Shown here: one piece after another, positions 39,723 through 54,303 of the stretch
Layout of the letters: each line of letters begins with the position of its first letter
How positions within the stretch are numbered: position 1 is the first letter of the stretch
Assembly: GCF_006345805.1 (NCBI RefSeq)
Contig: NC_043003.1
Location: 111,910,001-111,974,000, forward strand
DNA length: 64,000 nt
Direction of reading: 5' to 3'
DNA from: Octopus sinensis
Taxonomy: Eukaryota
Position numbers and translations under genes: made by a program
The notes under the pieces: model-generated
Seen by the model: the letters and a program-made list of their open reading frames with translations, nothing else
What the model was told of the DNA's origin: nothing
The model's database searches: none

Positions 39723-41299
39723 TCATTTGATTTCTTGTTAGTGGACACTTTCAACCTTGTTTCGGTAAATTTAATCAAACACTGTGTTCGATAAAATCGA
39801 CACCCACTTTCTCGTGACATTGCTGGTATTGTGCCACACTTCGAAACCATTATTTCTCAGCTTTAAACATCTCTTTGAAACAAATCTCGTCAATAAAATG
39901 TTCTTCTTTAAATCAGAGTAATTGCTTGTAAAAGATGAATAAATTGGCCTTCAGTTTAAAATGACGTTCAGCACGACTCTTTATAAGGATATATGACTTA
40001 ATATCAGATTATATAACTTAATTGCATTTATTCAGCAATTGCTGTCGATTTTCATTTCAGAGCTGATCGAGTAGACATATGGTTAATGACGTTCCAACCG
40101 TGACCATTCAATCCAATTTTCAAGCGTCTAAGTTTTTTATGATGTGCTTCCCTGTTTTATGACAAAAGAGTGCAATAGTGATGGATATTCTTGCTGTTAT
40201 TTCTAGCCGTTTAAATAAACATGTAAAGGGTGCCTTAGCGTCCTGAATGATATTGGATAGATTGCTATTGAATTTTCTTTTTAATAAGCATAAAATGTTC
40301 TTCGGCGTAGCGATTGATCTTTCATTTTCTGAGGATTATATTATTCCATATTTCCTACGAATAACACTAAGAAGATTTTCTTGAAACTTTGTTAATGACA
40401 AATCAATAGAAATGTCTGTAAACAGATTTATAACAAATATTTATTAAGCAGATACTTCTTTAAATGAAATATTTAAGTTATATGTAGCAATCTGCTTCGT
40501 TCTATCAATATGGAAATCGAATATATATTCAGAATCATTGACAGTCAAAAATACCGAGTTAAAATCTGACATTTTCATCAAATTCAAAATCAAGATTTTC
40601 AATCGTTATACAGGTGAAAATAGATGGTGTCTCCGCCATCTCTCTTTCTCTGTCACACACGTATATACACACGCAGAGAAAAACAAATACTCACACGCAC
40701 TCATATATATACACACACATGCGCGTACACATACATATATATGTGTATATATGTGAATGATGGTGATGACGTCAACAACGATTGCCCCAGTTTGTCAGAT
40801 GATAGACTGTTCACACTCTACCTGATTGTTCTGATTTGCATTTCTTTCTGCATGTGCGCAGAGTGACTATGTCCGCTTCGCAAACATCTCCATAGGACGT
40901 TATAAAAATATAAAACGGGTCAAGAAATAAAATAATATCGAGACATCTGCATCTCGTTGTCATCTCGAAGTCACAAAACTTCTACAATACGTTTGTCACA
41001 CTCTCGGTCCCTATATTATTTCCCACTGACAAGTATTGAAATATGACTGGTACTATTCTGAGTGCAATATTTCTGCTGCAGTATCTTTCTCCTTAAAGTG
41101 CTGCCTTCTCCCCGGCTTTGTCAAAAATAATGGGACACACTCCTTTACCTCTGGGAAGTCCATTTAACCCGTATATTGGCCCTTGACTGGTGCTACCGAA
41201 TCCGGGTCAGAACAGATCTCAAGGGGCTGATTCCAAACACCTTAGAACACCAGAAAACCCGGATTGGTATCTCACTATCAGGCGCAGCTTAATGGGAAA

Positions 41300-41800
41300 G
41301 ACAGGATGTGACCATTTATCAAGGACAGTTCATACAACTGGAAGCTTTCCAAAACAGAGCGCTCCCAAGCCTTCTTTGTCTCACGCGATAGGAAAGATAC
41401 CGTATACCGAAATCCTTCTGAGGGCTGGGATAAACAGTATAGAAAACTGCATCAATTGAAGTCTTCACCGATGGTTTCGCAATGTGTGCGATCCGGATGC
41501 CGGGTGATCGGTTCCCAAATTGCTCCTCTTCAGTGAGATCGAGTCTAAGGTAGAACTGATGGATGTCCAAAACTTCATAATGATTTCAAACGGTCTTTCA
41601 TTGTATACTGTCTCACTCCCAATCGGTTGGCGGTCCTGACAGTTGATCGGAAAGCGTGATGATCCGCCTGTGTGATGCTGCGCCTTGAAACGGAACACCG
41701 TAGATTGCTTGAAGAGAACAGAGCTTGTTATCAGCACACTGCAGCTGTTTTTCAGGATCGCTATCGGTGCCCAATGTACCAAAGACTGCGCTTCTCAGCC
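41300..41800 (+). mobile_element. Decayed 3' region of an RTE-clade LINE
   Basis: Translated remnants TEILLRAGINSIE, (L)RWFRNVC.., D.VPKLLLFSE and W.VL..DR..W resemble RTE/BovB-type EVL.RA..SIE..LRW.GHV.RM..R.PK.LL.GEL. Confidence 0.7.
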
Positions 41801-42688
41801 ACACGCCCTCCCATAAGGAGGGAGACAGAGGGAAGTGACGCCATCATCAACTATGTGTGTGAGGGGGAGGGGTGCGCGCGAGCGTGCATGCGTGCGTGTG
41901 CGTTTGTGAGTTTGTGTATACATATATAGGCGTGAGTACATCTGTGTGTGCATGTATATGTATATGTATGTGTACATGTGTGCGTGCATGTGTGTATATA
42001 GGCGTGTGTACATGCGTGTGTGAATGTGTGTGCGCATATGTGTACATATATATATTATATGTGTGTGTGTGTGTATGTATATATGTATCTATGTATGTAT
42101 TATGTATGTATGAATATGTATATATTTGGGTTTGAGACTTGTTCTCTTACACTTCTTTGTCCTTCAAAAAATGACGTAAAATTTATCATTATAATGGCAG
42201 CAGATGTAATAACAAAGGAAAACTGTTACATATAATTTGTTATACGCGGTATGAAATGGAAACGTATGTGATTCTATTTAGTATATGAAACATGTCGCGT
42301 TATGTAATATGATGAAAGGAGATTAATTCTTCAGTAATAACAGAATTCAGACAGCTACATTTAATGGTATTAATAATCAAATGCCGCGAATCGTAATGTA
42401 ATGGAAATTGACAATAATACAAGTCTGGGTTATAGATAGCGGTGATTGTGCTTGCTAAAGAAGGTTTTACCTGAAAAGTAACGATTAGAAAGTCATACAT
42501 TTATGAATATTAACCATGAAATAGATTGAAGCACAACTTTATCAATCAAAGTTCTACAGAACTAACTACGAAGTATTATAACCGTACATGAGTATAATTG
42601 TTTTTCTGTGAGTATAGCTCCATTATTTCTCCGGTAAATTATGTGTATGCGTGTGTGTGTATGCGTATATTTGTGTATATACGAACGC

Positions 42689-42719
<31 letters not shown>

Positions 42720-42722
<3 letters not shown>

Positions 42723-42865
42723 AGAGTTTACAAAAAAACAAAAGACGAAGACATGAGGTGTACAAAACAAACAGATGTATTAGTATAACGCTCAGGAATA
42801 GAAAAAGCCTCTTATGTTTCGAGCCTACGCTCTTCTACAGAAAGGTACACAGAAAAAACAAGGAA
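42720..42865. repeat. TA-flanked dispersed repeat; second copy in opposite orientation at 53240-53390
   Basis: gagagttta..aaacaaaagacgaag..gctcaggaatagaaaaag..gtttcgagcctacgc.cttctacagaaaggt is shared with the reverse complement of 53240-53390. Confidence 0.85.
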
Positions 42866-42877
42866 TATATATATATA

Positions 42878-43274
42878 TCTTTATATATAAAAGTGAGGTT
42901 CTGTGCTGTCTGTCTCCTACGATTTAGATTCCTAACTACTCCAACATTTTGCAGTGCAGTGTAACCAAAAGCGGGTATCTTATATTAGTGATTCATATCC
43001 AGCCCTTCTGGGTATTAGCGCGCGTCTACGATGAGTCTACGATTTAAAAAATCTTACCATCAATTTTTCCCATTTTTAATGCATTTAGGCATATATTAGG
43101 GAAGTAACACTCTAAAGTATTTTTATTAAATCTCAGAACGTAAAAAGCTACAGTAACACCACCTCCCCCTTTGTGGTTAGCTATATTGAGATGGCTATTA
43201 TACTTTACATCTTTAAAAATGCTTATATAGTTATTTCCCTTACAAACCCGAGCAACGCCGGGCGATACTGCTAG
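42878..43274 (+). mobile_element. Non-autonomous Helitron (397 bp)
   Basis: 5' TC, 3' CTAG, subterminal hairpin cccg-agcaacgc-cggg (43247-43262), inserted between A and T with no TSD. Confidence 0.8.
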
Positions 43275-43552
43275 TATATATAATTATATATATATATATA
43301 TAAACTTTACGCGTTTCAGTGAGAATTTTACGTTGTTGATATGGTAATTTTTCAACCTTCCAATGTTCCAATGAAAATTAAATAATTCTTTCTGGGAGAG
43401 GATCCCCAGGCAAATATGTAACTATAATATATAGGTTTGTACGTCCTTTGAGATTCAGATCGAAAACAGAAATGTATTTACATTACAGCGAATCAAAATT
43501 TCTTGTGTCGAAAAAAGTTACTTCATGGGAAAGAAATTAAACTAGCATGACG

Positions 43553-43655
<103 letters not shown>

Positions 43656-44842
43656 TGTGTGTGTATCTGTGTAAATATGTATATATGTAAAAGCAGTAAA
43701 ATAGATGACATGGCGTCTATTATATTTAATTTGTTGTTTGAAGTAGTTTTTTTCTCATACTTTGTGGACGCATAACACCATTGATTTCTTCGGTTACTAC
43801 TCTGTTTTAGTCACTATGGCCTAATCAAATACATTAATCCATGAAACCAAAACGCTAAGGAATCTCTATTAGAATTACGAATATAATGTCTAGTAAAATA
43901 AATAAATACACAGTGATACATATAAATATATAAATAAATACCTAAAAAGATAGTCAATAGGAGAAAGTGTCTGCTTTATTATAACTGGATGCCGTGGAAA
44001 CTAAGTATGCGTGATTATGAATGGATAGAATATGACAATGTATCGTTGCTTATTATGACATGAAATTGCCAATCTTTACATAGAGTCTACAAAGATGAAA
44101 GCCGTTAATGTTTAAATAAAATCTACGTCTAAGGTACTGAAGATGATAAAGAGACTCATCTTATTTTATCAGTTGTGCATATTAGTCTATAGATAATGAC
44201 ATGAGCGATTATGAAAGTAATAGTTTGGTATATTGAGTGTGTAAATTGGTACTTCTATAACTCAAACATAAACAATTCTTGACTATGATTACACACGTTG
44301 TCACGAGTGGTGTGGTTATATTATCGTTGAATAATATAGTTTGGTTTAAATGTTTATTCATTATGGGAATTAAGGAGTCTCTTTATTACCTACATAATTC
44401 TCTGTCCACTTTAGAATTGTAATTAAGCACTGAATCTTAATATATCACACATATTTCTTAACAGTCCACTCGTGAACTACTCCTCCATAATGCAGCACAA
44501 TTTTATAATTTTCTTTTAGCTAGAAGGGGAAAAAAGAAATAAAGGAATATAATCGTGTTCCACACCTTTGTATTGCCACAATTTTATTTCCGTTGTCTGT
44601 AACTTTGTGAAAGTCCTTCAAAAGCAATTCTTTTCCGACGACTTCTAATAAGTTTTATAGTAAAAGTATCCTAAATTATCTTACTCCACTTCTAAATTTG
44701 ATCATACTATAAGCTTTTCAAACTCCACAAAAATAAAACAAAAAAAAGCGACCCACTGAGTCGCGATAAGTATAAATAGATACCATTTAGGCTAGTTTCA
44801 CAGTATAAACGTACTATTTACTACTATTTTTACTATTTTACT

Positions 44843-45006
44843 ACTTTACTTGTTTCAGTCATCTGATTGTGACCATGCTGGTGCACCGCCTTTAGTCGAC
44901 CCGAGGCTATAGTAGCAGACATCTGCTCAAAGGGTCACGCAGTGGGACTGAACCCGGAACCATGTGGTTCGTAAACAAGCTACTTACCACATAGCCACTC
45001 CTACGT
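44843..45006 (-). mobile_element. Internally deleted tRNA-derived SINE (family of 24504-24900)
   Basis: Head and tail of the 24504 family are joined at tttagtcga|cccgaggctat. Confidence 0.85.
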
Positions 45007-45734
45007 CTGAGAATACGGTGATTTCATGTAAACTGTATATTTATTTTTAAAAGTTTATATTTAGGAACAATATTCACATAATGCCCTTCTCAAGTATAAG
45101 TGTGTTCGTGTTATAATTGACTGCTTGCATAAAAGGAAAAGGAAACAATATCCCATAGAAACATGAAAGCATTTCTTTTAATGAATAAGAATATTAGCTG
45201 AGTGATAGCAACGTGCTCAAAGCAGCCACCTTCAAGCATCCTCCACAGGCTCGACACGGCTGAGGAACATGGCGCATAAGTACCTCACTGTATTCCTGTG
45301 ATCTTTACCCATGTCTTGGCCACTAGCTGGGCTTCGGTATTACAGGCAGAGCACCCGACACAGGGATTAAGATTACAACCGCGAGGATTAGTAGACCAGA
45401 TATTGGAACACGGGAATTCATAGAAAGTCTCCGACAACCGTATTGACACCTTCCAGATGCATAACGAGCAACCGAATCCTGATGCCAGCAACAACCATGT
45501 CCTGCCACACACACACACACAAACACACGTACATACACACATACAAACACACACACATATGTCCACTGAAATATATATATATATACATACATACATACAT
45601 ACATATATATATAGATAATATATATATACAAATATATATAGATATATATAGTATATATATATATATATATATATAGATTATATATATATATATATTAATA
45701 TAAATATATATAATATAATATATATATAAATATA

Positions 45735-46203
45735 AATAACGACGAAACTAATTCTGTGTGTCAGTGTGTCACACTTGACCCCACTCCCTCTCTATTTCAT
45801 TACACATCCTCGTGTTGGGGTGAGTGTAATATGAGGCATAGGACGGTGAGAGTGAGAGTAGTGGCGAAGACAGATAGATAGATAGAGAGAAAGAAAAAGA
45901 TAAAGACATGGAGAGGAGGATACACAAAGAAATTTAGGGAGTGTTGATGAGGTTTTCTTAACAGTAGTTATGTTGATGGTGGCAGTGGAGTGGGGGTATT
46001 AATAAGAGAGAAAAAACGTATGTGTATGTGAGAGAGAGAGGTAGATAATGTACAACTTTAACCCTGTCTCATTGACAGAAATTCCTGTCGCCAAACTACT
46101 GAACAGTACCATTTTTGTTTTACTGTTTGCTTTCTTTAATACATATTATATACACACATACACACACACACCACACACACAATATATATATATATATATA
46201 TAG

Positions 46204-46236
<33 letters not shown>

Positions 46237-46765
46237 ATATAATATATATTATATATATATATATATATACTATATATATATATATATATAATATAATATA
46301 TATAATATAATATATAAATATAATAAATACGAAAACTAATTTCTGTGTGTCAGTGTGTCACACTTGACCCCACTCCCTCTCTATTTAATTACACATCCTC
46401 GTGTTGGGGTGAGTGTAATATGAGGCATAGAGACGGTGAGAGTAGTGGCGAAGACAGATAGATAGATAGAGAGAAAGAAAGAAAGATAAAGACATGGAGA
46501 GGAGGATACACAAAGAAATTTAGGGAGTGTTGATGAGGTTTTCTTAACAGTAGTTATGTTGATGGTGGCAGTGGGGGTATTAATAAGAGAGGAAAACGTA
46601 TGTGTATGTGAGAGAGAGAGGTAGATAATGTACAACTGTTTAACCCTGTCTCATTGACAGAAATTCCTGTCGCCAAACTACTGAACATTACCATTTTTGT
46701 TTTACTGTTTGCTTTCTTTAATACATATATATATACACACATACACACACACACACACCACACAA
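45735..46765. repeat. Tandem duplication of a ~440-bp unit separated by (TA)n
   Basis: 45735-46180 matches 46325-46765 with small indels. Confidence 0.9.
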
Positions 46766-46832
<67 letters not shown>

Positions 46833-46861
46833 CATATGTGTGTGTCTGTATGTATATATAA

Positions 46862-47070
46862 GAGAGGTTGCGCAAAAGTTCTTGTCTTTGGTTGAAAAAT
46901 ACTGGAGGAGCAGTGAAATATGAATTATTTCAACTTACTCCCCTCTCAAATTCATGCATTTGTTGCGCCGATTCTTCAGTTTTTCTAAGTCCTGTAAAAT
47001 AACTCGAACTGTTGGGCCTCCAGCCAGACGTTTCGCGATACCCTTAAAGCCAGGAACTATCCAGCGCGTG
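46862..47070 (-). mobile_element. Mariner-derived miniature element
   Basis: Degenerate TIRs (gagaggttgcgcaaaagttcttgtcttt and aaagccaggaactatccagc). The minus strand encodes LEKLKNRRNKCMNLRG, resembling a mariner transposase C-terminus. Confidence 0.6.
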
Positions 47071-47893
47071 TCATTGGGATAATAATTAATTATATTTTAC
47101 TAAGGAGCGATGTATGCTTTATATAGATATATATGGCACGCATGATCACAGAATTTTGTAAGATGTACTTGTATTCCTAAACCACTCTAAATGGTTTGCA
47201 TCAAATGGATATAAATCTAAGAAATCCGATATAAATAAATGGACTATATATACTATTGGAATTATCCAACATTACTGCTTTGAAAATGAAAATTGTTTTA
47301 AACATTCCAACACGCATTTATTTCCCAGTCAGAGGTCTCGCTTATATTGAGTGATTATTGATTCAATAGATGTTAATATTCATATCTATAAAATAGTAGG
47401 ACTGACTGTAACTTTTTAAAAAGCGTATGGTGAAGTGTGGAACTCGTAAGGTTAGCTCAAAGCAATATGGACCATTTCCCGCGGCATTCTAACGATCGAA
47501 CTTCAGCAGCTGCTGAGATTTCTCGTTAATGTGTACTTGACGCTACAATGCTGTTCACCATCATTTCTTAACTGATATTTAAAGATCAGAGCACACACAG
47601 CGAAGCAACACAGACTCAGATAAATGCAACACGTATATGTTTGCTGATATAAAAGCGAGACACATTCGAATATGCTAAGATAAAAATACAACATTCGCAT
47701 ACACAAAAACATGCACACACAGTCAAACATTGTATGCATATATTTCTACACACACACACACACATACACACACACACACGCTCACACGCACATATATATT
47801 TCAGTATACGTATATGTATCTGTGTGTGTGTGAGTATGTGTAAATATACATATGCATAAATGCATATATGTATGGATCTATATGTCTACTTGT

Positions 47894-47968
<75 letters not shown>

Positions 47969-48003
47969 ATATATATATATTATAGATATATATATATATA
48001 TAT

Positions 48004-48041
<38 letters not shown>

Positions 48042-48094
48042 ATACATATATATACACATATATATATATATATATATATACATATACATACACA

Positions 48095-48136
<42 letters not shown>

Positions 48137-48670
48137 TATATAATATATATATATATATATATACAGATATACATATATACATATAAATCGATTTGCAGTG
48201 TAATGGAGCTTATATAAAAGTGCACTTCAACATTCATTTCGTCTATTTTTTGATAATTGGTAAATTTGTTTTGAAGGGAGTATCTGGTTGGAATTCGATT
48301 TTAACTTAAAGTAAGACAAATGTACTTCTCTGAGCGGGAATTGAATTGTAAACCTATACGTATGCATGGTTGCTTCACTGCTGCATCGTATCCCATCAGT
48401 ATATATATATTTTTTAGAATAATACTTTTTTGAAACTTGTGAGACATTCTGATACAATGTTCCACAAAATTCACCAGGCTGGCGACGTTAAATAAATTTA
48501 TTTTAGGAATCACCAAAATTAATTATCGCAATATATTTTGTCTGCACAATACCGATTACAGCAACAACAAAAGAAGGTCAGAATTTTTATTCTTTGTTAC
48601 TATCTGACTTCCATTTGTACTCACACATTCAGCTACAAAATTCGCCATACTTACACTCTCTCTCATCTCT

Positions 48671-48701
<31 letters not shown>

Positions 48702-48708
48702 ACTTCTC

Positions 48709-48742
<34 letters not shown>

Positions 48743-48847
48743 GCTGCCTCTTTCTCTCATTTCATTATGATCGCTTGTCTTGCATATATTGGGGGGGGGG
48801 TTGTGGGTGTGTGTATGTGTATATATATATATGCGGGTGTGTATGTA

Positions 48848-48888
<41 letters not shown>

Positions 48889-48956
48889 TTATGGAAGGAG
48901 CTTCTACAGGACAAGAACTGTTTCATTCAAATGAAATCATCAGGAATATATGTATG

Positions 48957-48989
<33 letters not shown>

Positions 48990-49929
48990 GTATGTATGTA
49001 TGTATGTATGTATGTATGTATGTATGTATGTATGTATGTATATATACGATGTTTTCAAATATTTGGACTACCCACAGCGTTGTTATTTCACCCTTTCTAA
49101 CCTTTAATCACGTAAGCTCAGAAATTGTTGTTTACCTGACTTCCAATTTACCTCTGTGTCTGAGCATCACAAATCATCACCTTTACTCGTGACAGATCCG
49201 GACCTTGCACCACTCTCGCACTCTTCTACCGCGTAGCATTCATTCTCCAGTACCATCTCTTTCTCTCTCTCAGCCACCCTTTTTTAACTTTCTATCTGTT
49301 TTCCTCCACCCGTTCATTACATACGTTCGCTTCGGATATCTTATTTCCTCGGGAATGCAACACTAACCTTTTACCTCCATCATGATTGAAATCACTAAAT
49401 TGAATTACAAAAAGCAGGTCATCGGTGACTAAACTATAGTTTTCTTACCATTTTCTTACACGCTCTCTAAGTGGGGGACGACCCTTGAGAAATCCACAGC
49501 CATCCAAGTAGCATTTCTCTATTAGTTCTGCCAGTGGGATCATTACTGCTCACAACAGTAGTAATAAGGATAACACTAAAGAATATCCCGAGAACAAAAG
49601 TGGCAAAGTATGTCTTCATGACAATACATTTACCACACTGATGAGGGTCCCTTTAATCTTCAGTATTCATTTACAATTAAGTATGCTTTACCTAGCAGCA
49701 CACTACAGATAGTGTCTCAATAAAACACTGATTATTGTAGGCCAAATAAAAATCATAGAATGTACAAGAAGGAAAGGTAATTTACATTATTTACATCAGA
49801 CGGATATTTGTCCTCATCTTGTTTGTTGTTAACACAACGTTTCGTCTCATATTCCCTCCAGCCTTCATGAGGCGCCTTGAGGAAATTTCGAACCTGGGTT
49901 CTCATTCCTAAGGAATTTTTCGATGTATC

Positions 49930-50390
49930 ACGATCGCTACTTATATTCTTTGCACGATGTTTTAGAGAAAGTTTCGAAACAACGGGAAATGGGTCTGGAC
50001 TGGAAACAGGATACGATAGAATAGTGAATTGCAAAACTTTCTGGAATTTCCTCATATAGAATTACCATACTATTGGAGCAAGCAGACCGGATATGGCCAT
50101 AGAGGACAAAAGGAACAAACTGTGTATGATCATGGTTTTTGTAATTCCCTATGATGGCAGAATAGAAACCAAAGATTGAACAAATTGAGACTTTGGGGGA
50201 CCAAAGCAACAATTATTTCTGTAGCAATTGCTGTTGGTACAATGCCCAAAAGGCTATCCGAAAGACGGAAAATAATTGGAATTTGAAACTCACATTGCCA
50301 ACCTGTAGAGACTTCCCATCCCATCTTCTGTAAACAAAACCAAATGAAGATTCTTAAGATTTAAAAAGACTTGTCATCAAACATCAAGAT
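49930..50390 (+). mobile_element. R4/Dong-like LINE 3' fragment (restriction-like endonuclease)
   Basis: RPDMAIEDKRNKLCMIMVFVIPYDGRIETK matches the RPD..D..CL.ID.A.P.D.RI REL motif; a (ATT)n tail follows. Confidence 0.75.
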
Positions 50391-50394
50391 AAAA

Positions 50395-50408
50395 TTATTA
50401 TCATCATT

Positions 50409-50439
<31 letters not shown>

Positions 50440-50630
50440 TTATTATTGTTATTATTATTATTATTATCATTATTATAAAGAAGAAAGAAGAAGAAGAAGA
50501 AGAAGAAGAAGAAGAAGAAGAAGAAGAAGAAGAAGAAGAAGAAGAAGAGAAGAAGAAGAAGAAGAAGAAGAAGAAGAAGAAGAAGAAAAAGAAGAAGAAG
50601 AAAAAGAAGAAGAAGAAGAAAAAGAAGAAG
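50395..50630. repeat. (ATT)n-(GAA)n compound microsatellite
   Basis: Direct inspection. Confidence 0.95.
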
Positions 50631-50631
50631 A

Positions 50632-52330
50632 TCCAGGAAACTGGATAGACTTTTGCTCAGGGTAAGGACAGAAAAAGTGAATAAAATCCTAAAGGAAATT
50701 AAAACAGATAATATAACTGGAACAAATACATAGATTATAGCTTGTATTAGCTATTCAGGGAGGAAGGAGGTACGAAGGCGTCGAACAAAACGATAAAAAA
50801 CGAAATCTAGCAAAAGTACCACGGTGGAATAGAGGGATAACGCAGTCAAAGAACGAACTTGAAAACATACTCACACCCTGGAAATAAAAGAAACAAGGCG
50901 AAATCCGGAAAGAGAAATATCATGGAAGAGAAAACGTAGATATATAAAGATATAAGATCAGGAAAATGGAACTAAATGTAGTCCTTGAAGAGCTGAAATG
51001 TAAACTGCAGGCTAACGCTACAAATATCAAAAGATATATACAAAGAATGGATGGGGCACAAAGGTAGTGGCTGTCAAATAGATAGAATAATCAACTACGG
51101 GGTGTGAATCCCAACGTGGTTTACCACTGCTAAAACACTTCTTTGTCAAGAAGGCCCCGGTAAATGTAATGTAGTGAAAATTTACCGGCAAGACTCCGTC
51201 CTACCCTTGATAAGCAAGTTGATGAGAAGAATAATTTCTAATTGTATATATGACTTCCTTGAAATGAATGACAACCTGCCAGTGGAACGGAAGGGATGAG
51301 GAAAGAATAGCCGGGGTACAAATGATCGATTTTAATACATAAATTAGTGTTGAACAAGTACAAGAAAAGATATGCTAATCTAGGTATGGCTGGATCTGTT
51401 ATAAGAAAGCTTATGAAATGGTTCCCCATTCATGGATTTATTAAGTCTTGAATTGATACAGGTGTCTCATAACATTTTAAATTTTATCAGGAGATCGATG
51501 GAGACCTGGAATACCGAATTAGCATCATGTGGAAAATATTTAGTGACGGTTCACATCAGGGGAGCCATATTTCAGGAAGATTGTCACCATTGCTGTTTGT
51601 GATATGAATGATAACACTCACACCGATTTTATGGAAAGTGACATAACAGTACAACTTGAGAAATGTTGAAAACTTAAATCATCTGTTATATATGAATGAC
51701 GTAAACATCTTCGGTAAGAGTGACCGTTAAATAACTGGTCTGGCAACAATAATGCAGATATTCAGTAAGGATATAAGGATGGAATTTGGAATTAGAATTT
51801 TGTTATGCTTACCACCCGAAAAGGCAACATCGTGTCGTCTGATTGTCGAAAAGTACCCACCGGCGGGAGAGAGTAAGAGAAAATCGTACGCACATGAACC
51901 AGATGTCACAGTGAATAATGAATATAAGATCTTATGAGATTTTACAATATGTTCGATGCTTGGACTCTGATTGATACTTGGAGACAAGACATTTTTAGTG
52001 GATGAAAGAAAACCAAGGTCATACATATTGCGATGCCTGGAAACGCATGCGTGAGTGACAAATTGCTAGAAACATACGAAATGCATGAATGTGGGAACTG
52101 AAGAGAGTAACTGTCATCCCAATAGTTGCAGGATCACTGGGATCGCTCACAACGAGGTTTGAAAAAATGTCGAGCAAACTGCTCTTTTCGAGCCAGCGAG
52201 GGTTTTGAGATCGGTACTTGGTTGTGAAGTATCATGGAGAGAGATCTTGGCAGACCTTTGCCAATATGTAGTTGTCTGCTCTTACAGAATTAACCGGAGC
52301 AAGTGAAATCGAGAGCTCTCAGAAGGAAAA
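50632..52330 (+). mobile_element. Decayed R4/Dong-like LINE (RT plus REL endonuclease)
   Basis: Remnants include W.TTAKTLLCQ, NLGM(AW)I.YKKAYEMVPHSWI, IFQ...SPLLF, NHLLYMNDV, HEPD...YKIL.DF and TVIPIVAGSLG. Confidence 0.85.
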
Positions 52331-52334
52331 TGGC

Positions 52335-52412
52335 GATAATAATAATAATAAATAATAATGATAATGATAATAGTAAAAATAATAATAATAATTATTATTA
52401 TTATTATTATTA

Positions 52413-52461
<49 letters not shown>

Positions 52462-52570
52462 CATTATTATTATTGTTGTTGTTGTTATTGTTGCTTTTTG
52501 TTGTTGTTGTTCTTCTTTTCTTCTTCTTTTCTTCTTCTTCTTCTTCTTCTTATTATTATTATTATTATTA
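52335..52570. repeat. (AAT)n/(TAT)n/(TGT)n/(TCT)n compound microsatellite
   Basis: Direct inspection. Confidence 0.95.
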
Positions 52571-52571
52571 T

Positions 52572-53130
52572 ATGATTTTCCTTCCATTTATTTTCGACCC
52601 AATTACCCTTGTTTCACTCTCCTGAGACATTCGTTTCTCAACTCTTCTATCATTTCTTGGCAGGAGTTTCTAGGTACTTGTAGCTGTCGGTCTCATCAAT
52701 TGATTCGATCGATATCATATTTGGGTGTGTTATCCCCTGTGACTTGGATAGTGTTCCTCGCATTATCACTCGCATCACATTTTTGTCTATTCCAAACATA
52801 GAGCTCTGAAAGTCTCAACCAGTGAATCTAACACTTCCTCAATTCTGGCAAATACGGAAGACGGAATCCGGCATTACTTTAATGTTTGTAAGCATCTACG
52901 ACTGGTTGCATATCCTTGACACTTAGCATACTTCATCTACAAACATTAGATCTATTACGCAATTCCGAGGCCCAAGAAACAGCTGTCGGCCGACAAATGA
53001 TGAAGTAATGAAGGGTTATTCTTTATCTTACCTGTCCTCGTTTCTATTTACTTCTCTCGCTGTTTGCGCTTTGAAATCATTGTTTCCGAATTTCATTTTG
53101 TTTACAGTTGGTGACATTTTGTACACATAT
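52572..53130 (-). mobile_element. R4/Dong-like LINE RT fragment
   Basis: Minus strand gives MFGIDK, IESIDETDSYKYL and RRVKQ..SKING, resembling FGLDKC..YKYLG..RRVR.ILKSKLNG. Confidence 0.75.
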
Positions 53131-53159
53131 GTAATATATATATATATTATATATATGTA

Positions 53160-53222
<63 letters not shown>

Positions 53223-54065
53223 GTGTGTGTGGTGTGTGTCTGTGTGTGTGTATTACCTTTCTGTAGAAGTGCGTAGGCTCGAAACATAAAAGACTTTTTT
53301 CTATTCCTGAGCGATATACTAATACTTCTGTTTGTTTTGTACACCACCTGCCTTCGTCTTTTGTTTTTTTCGTAAACTCTCTCTATATATATATATGTTA
53401 GATATATACATATAGGTATTCGTGCGCGTGTATATGCATTTATATGTTTAGTAATGTATGTATACTTGTGTAAATTATACAGACAAATATTTCTTTGAAG
53501 CTATCTGCAAATTAACCGACCAATTTCAGAGCATTGATATACATGTTGATAATCATGTGTATGTCCGACGACTGTTTTATATTAGCACGTATTCATGATT
53601 TTTTGTACAAAGAAATTGAAAGATTTACGATGTTTTCTTTATATAATTTCGTTACACGGAGCTTTCATGATAAAATATAAAATATTTATTTTCGATGTTT
53701 TATAAATAAGCAGGCAGGATTTATCTAACATCTTTGACATTAAATAATATTAATATAGAAACTGATTATAACAGGAAAACATAACTGAGGCTTTCAAATA
53801 AAGCTATTTGTGCAAATCAATCTTACGAAAATAAGATGTTACATTATATCATGGAGACAACATCCATAGAGGTAATTTATGGATGTAAAGCATTAGATAT
53901 GTTCATCATTCGTGATCACTCCCACAACGAGACCATTCACGCAAGCATATATTATATAGGGGTGTATGTATATGCGTATCATAAATATGCACAAACATTC
54001 AGACATAATTATATAAGTATGTGTGTGTATTGGTGTATACCTATGTATACATGTATGTATACATG

Positions 54066-54303
<238 letters not shown>

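Noticed and set aside
42810-42845. Hammerhead-like motif CTGTAGA-A-GAGC..GCTC-GAAA-CA-TA (also near 53255-53292)
   Set aside because: A6 is replaced by U and stem III is neither stable nor palindromic, so it is not called as a ribozyme although stems I and II pair.
49633-49660. CTGATGAGGGTCCC core-like start
   Set aside because: No GAAA or stem III follows.
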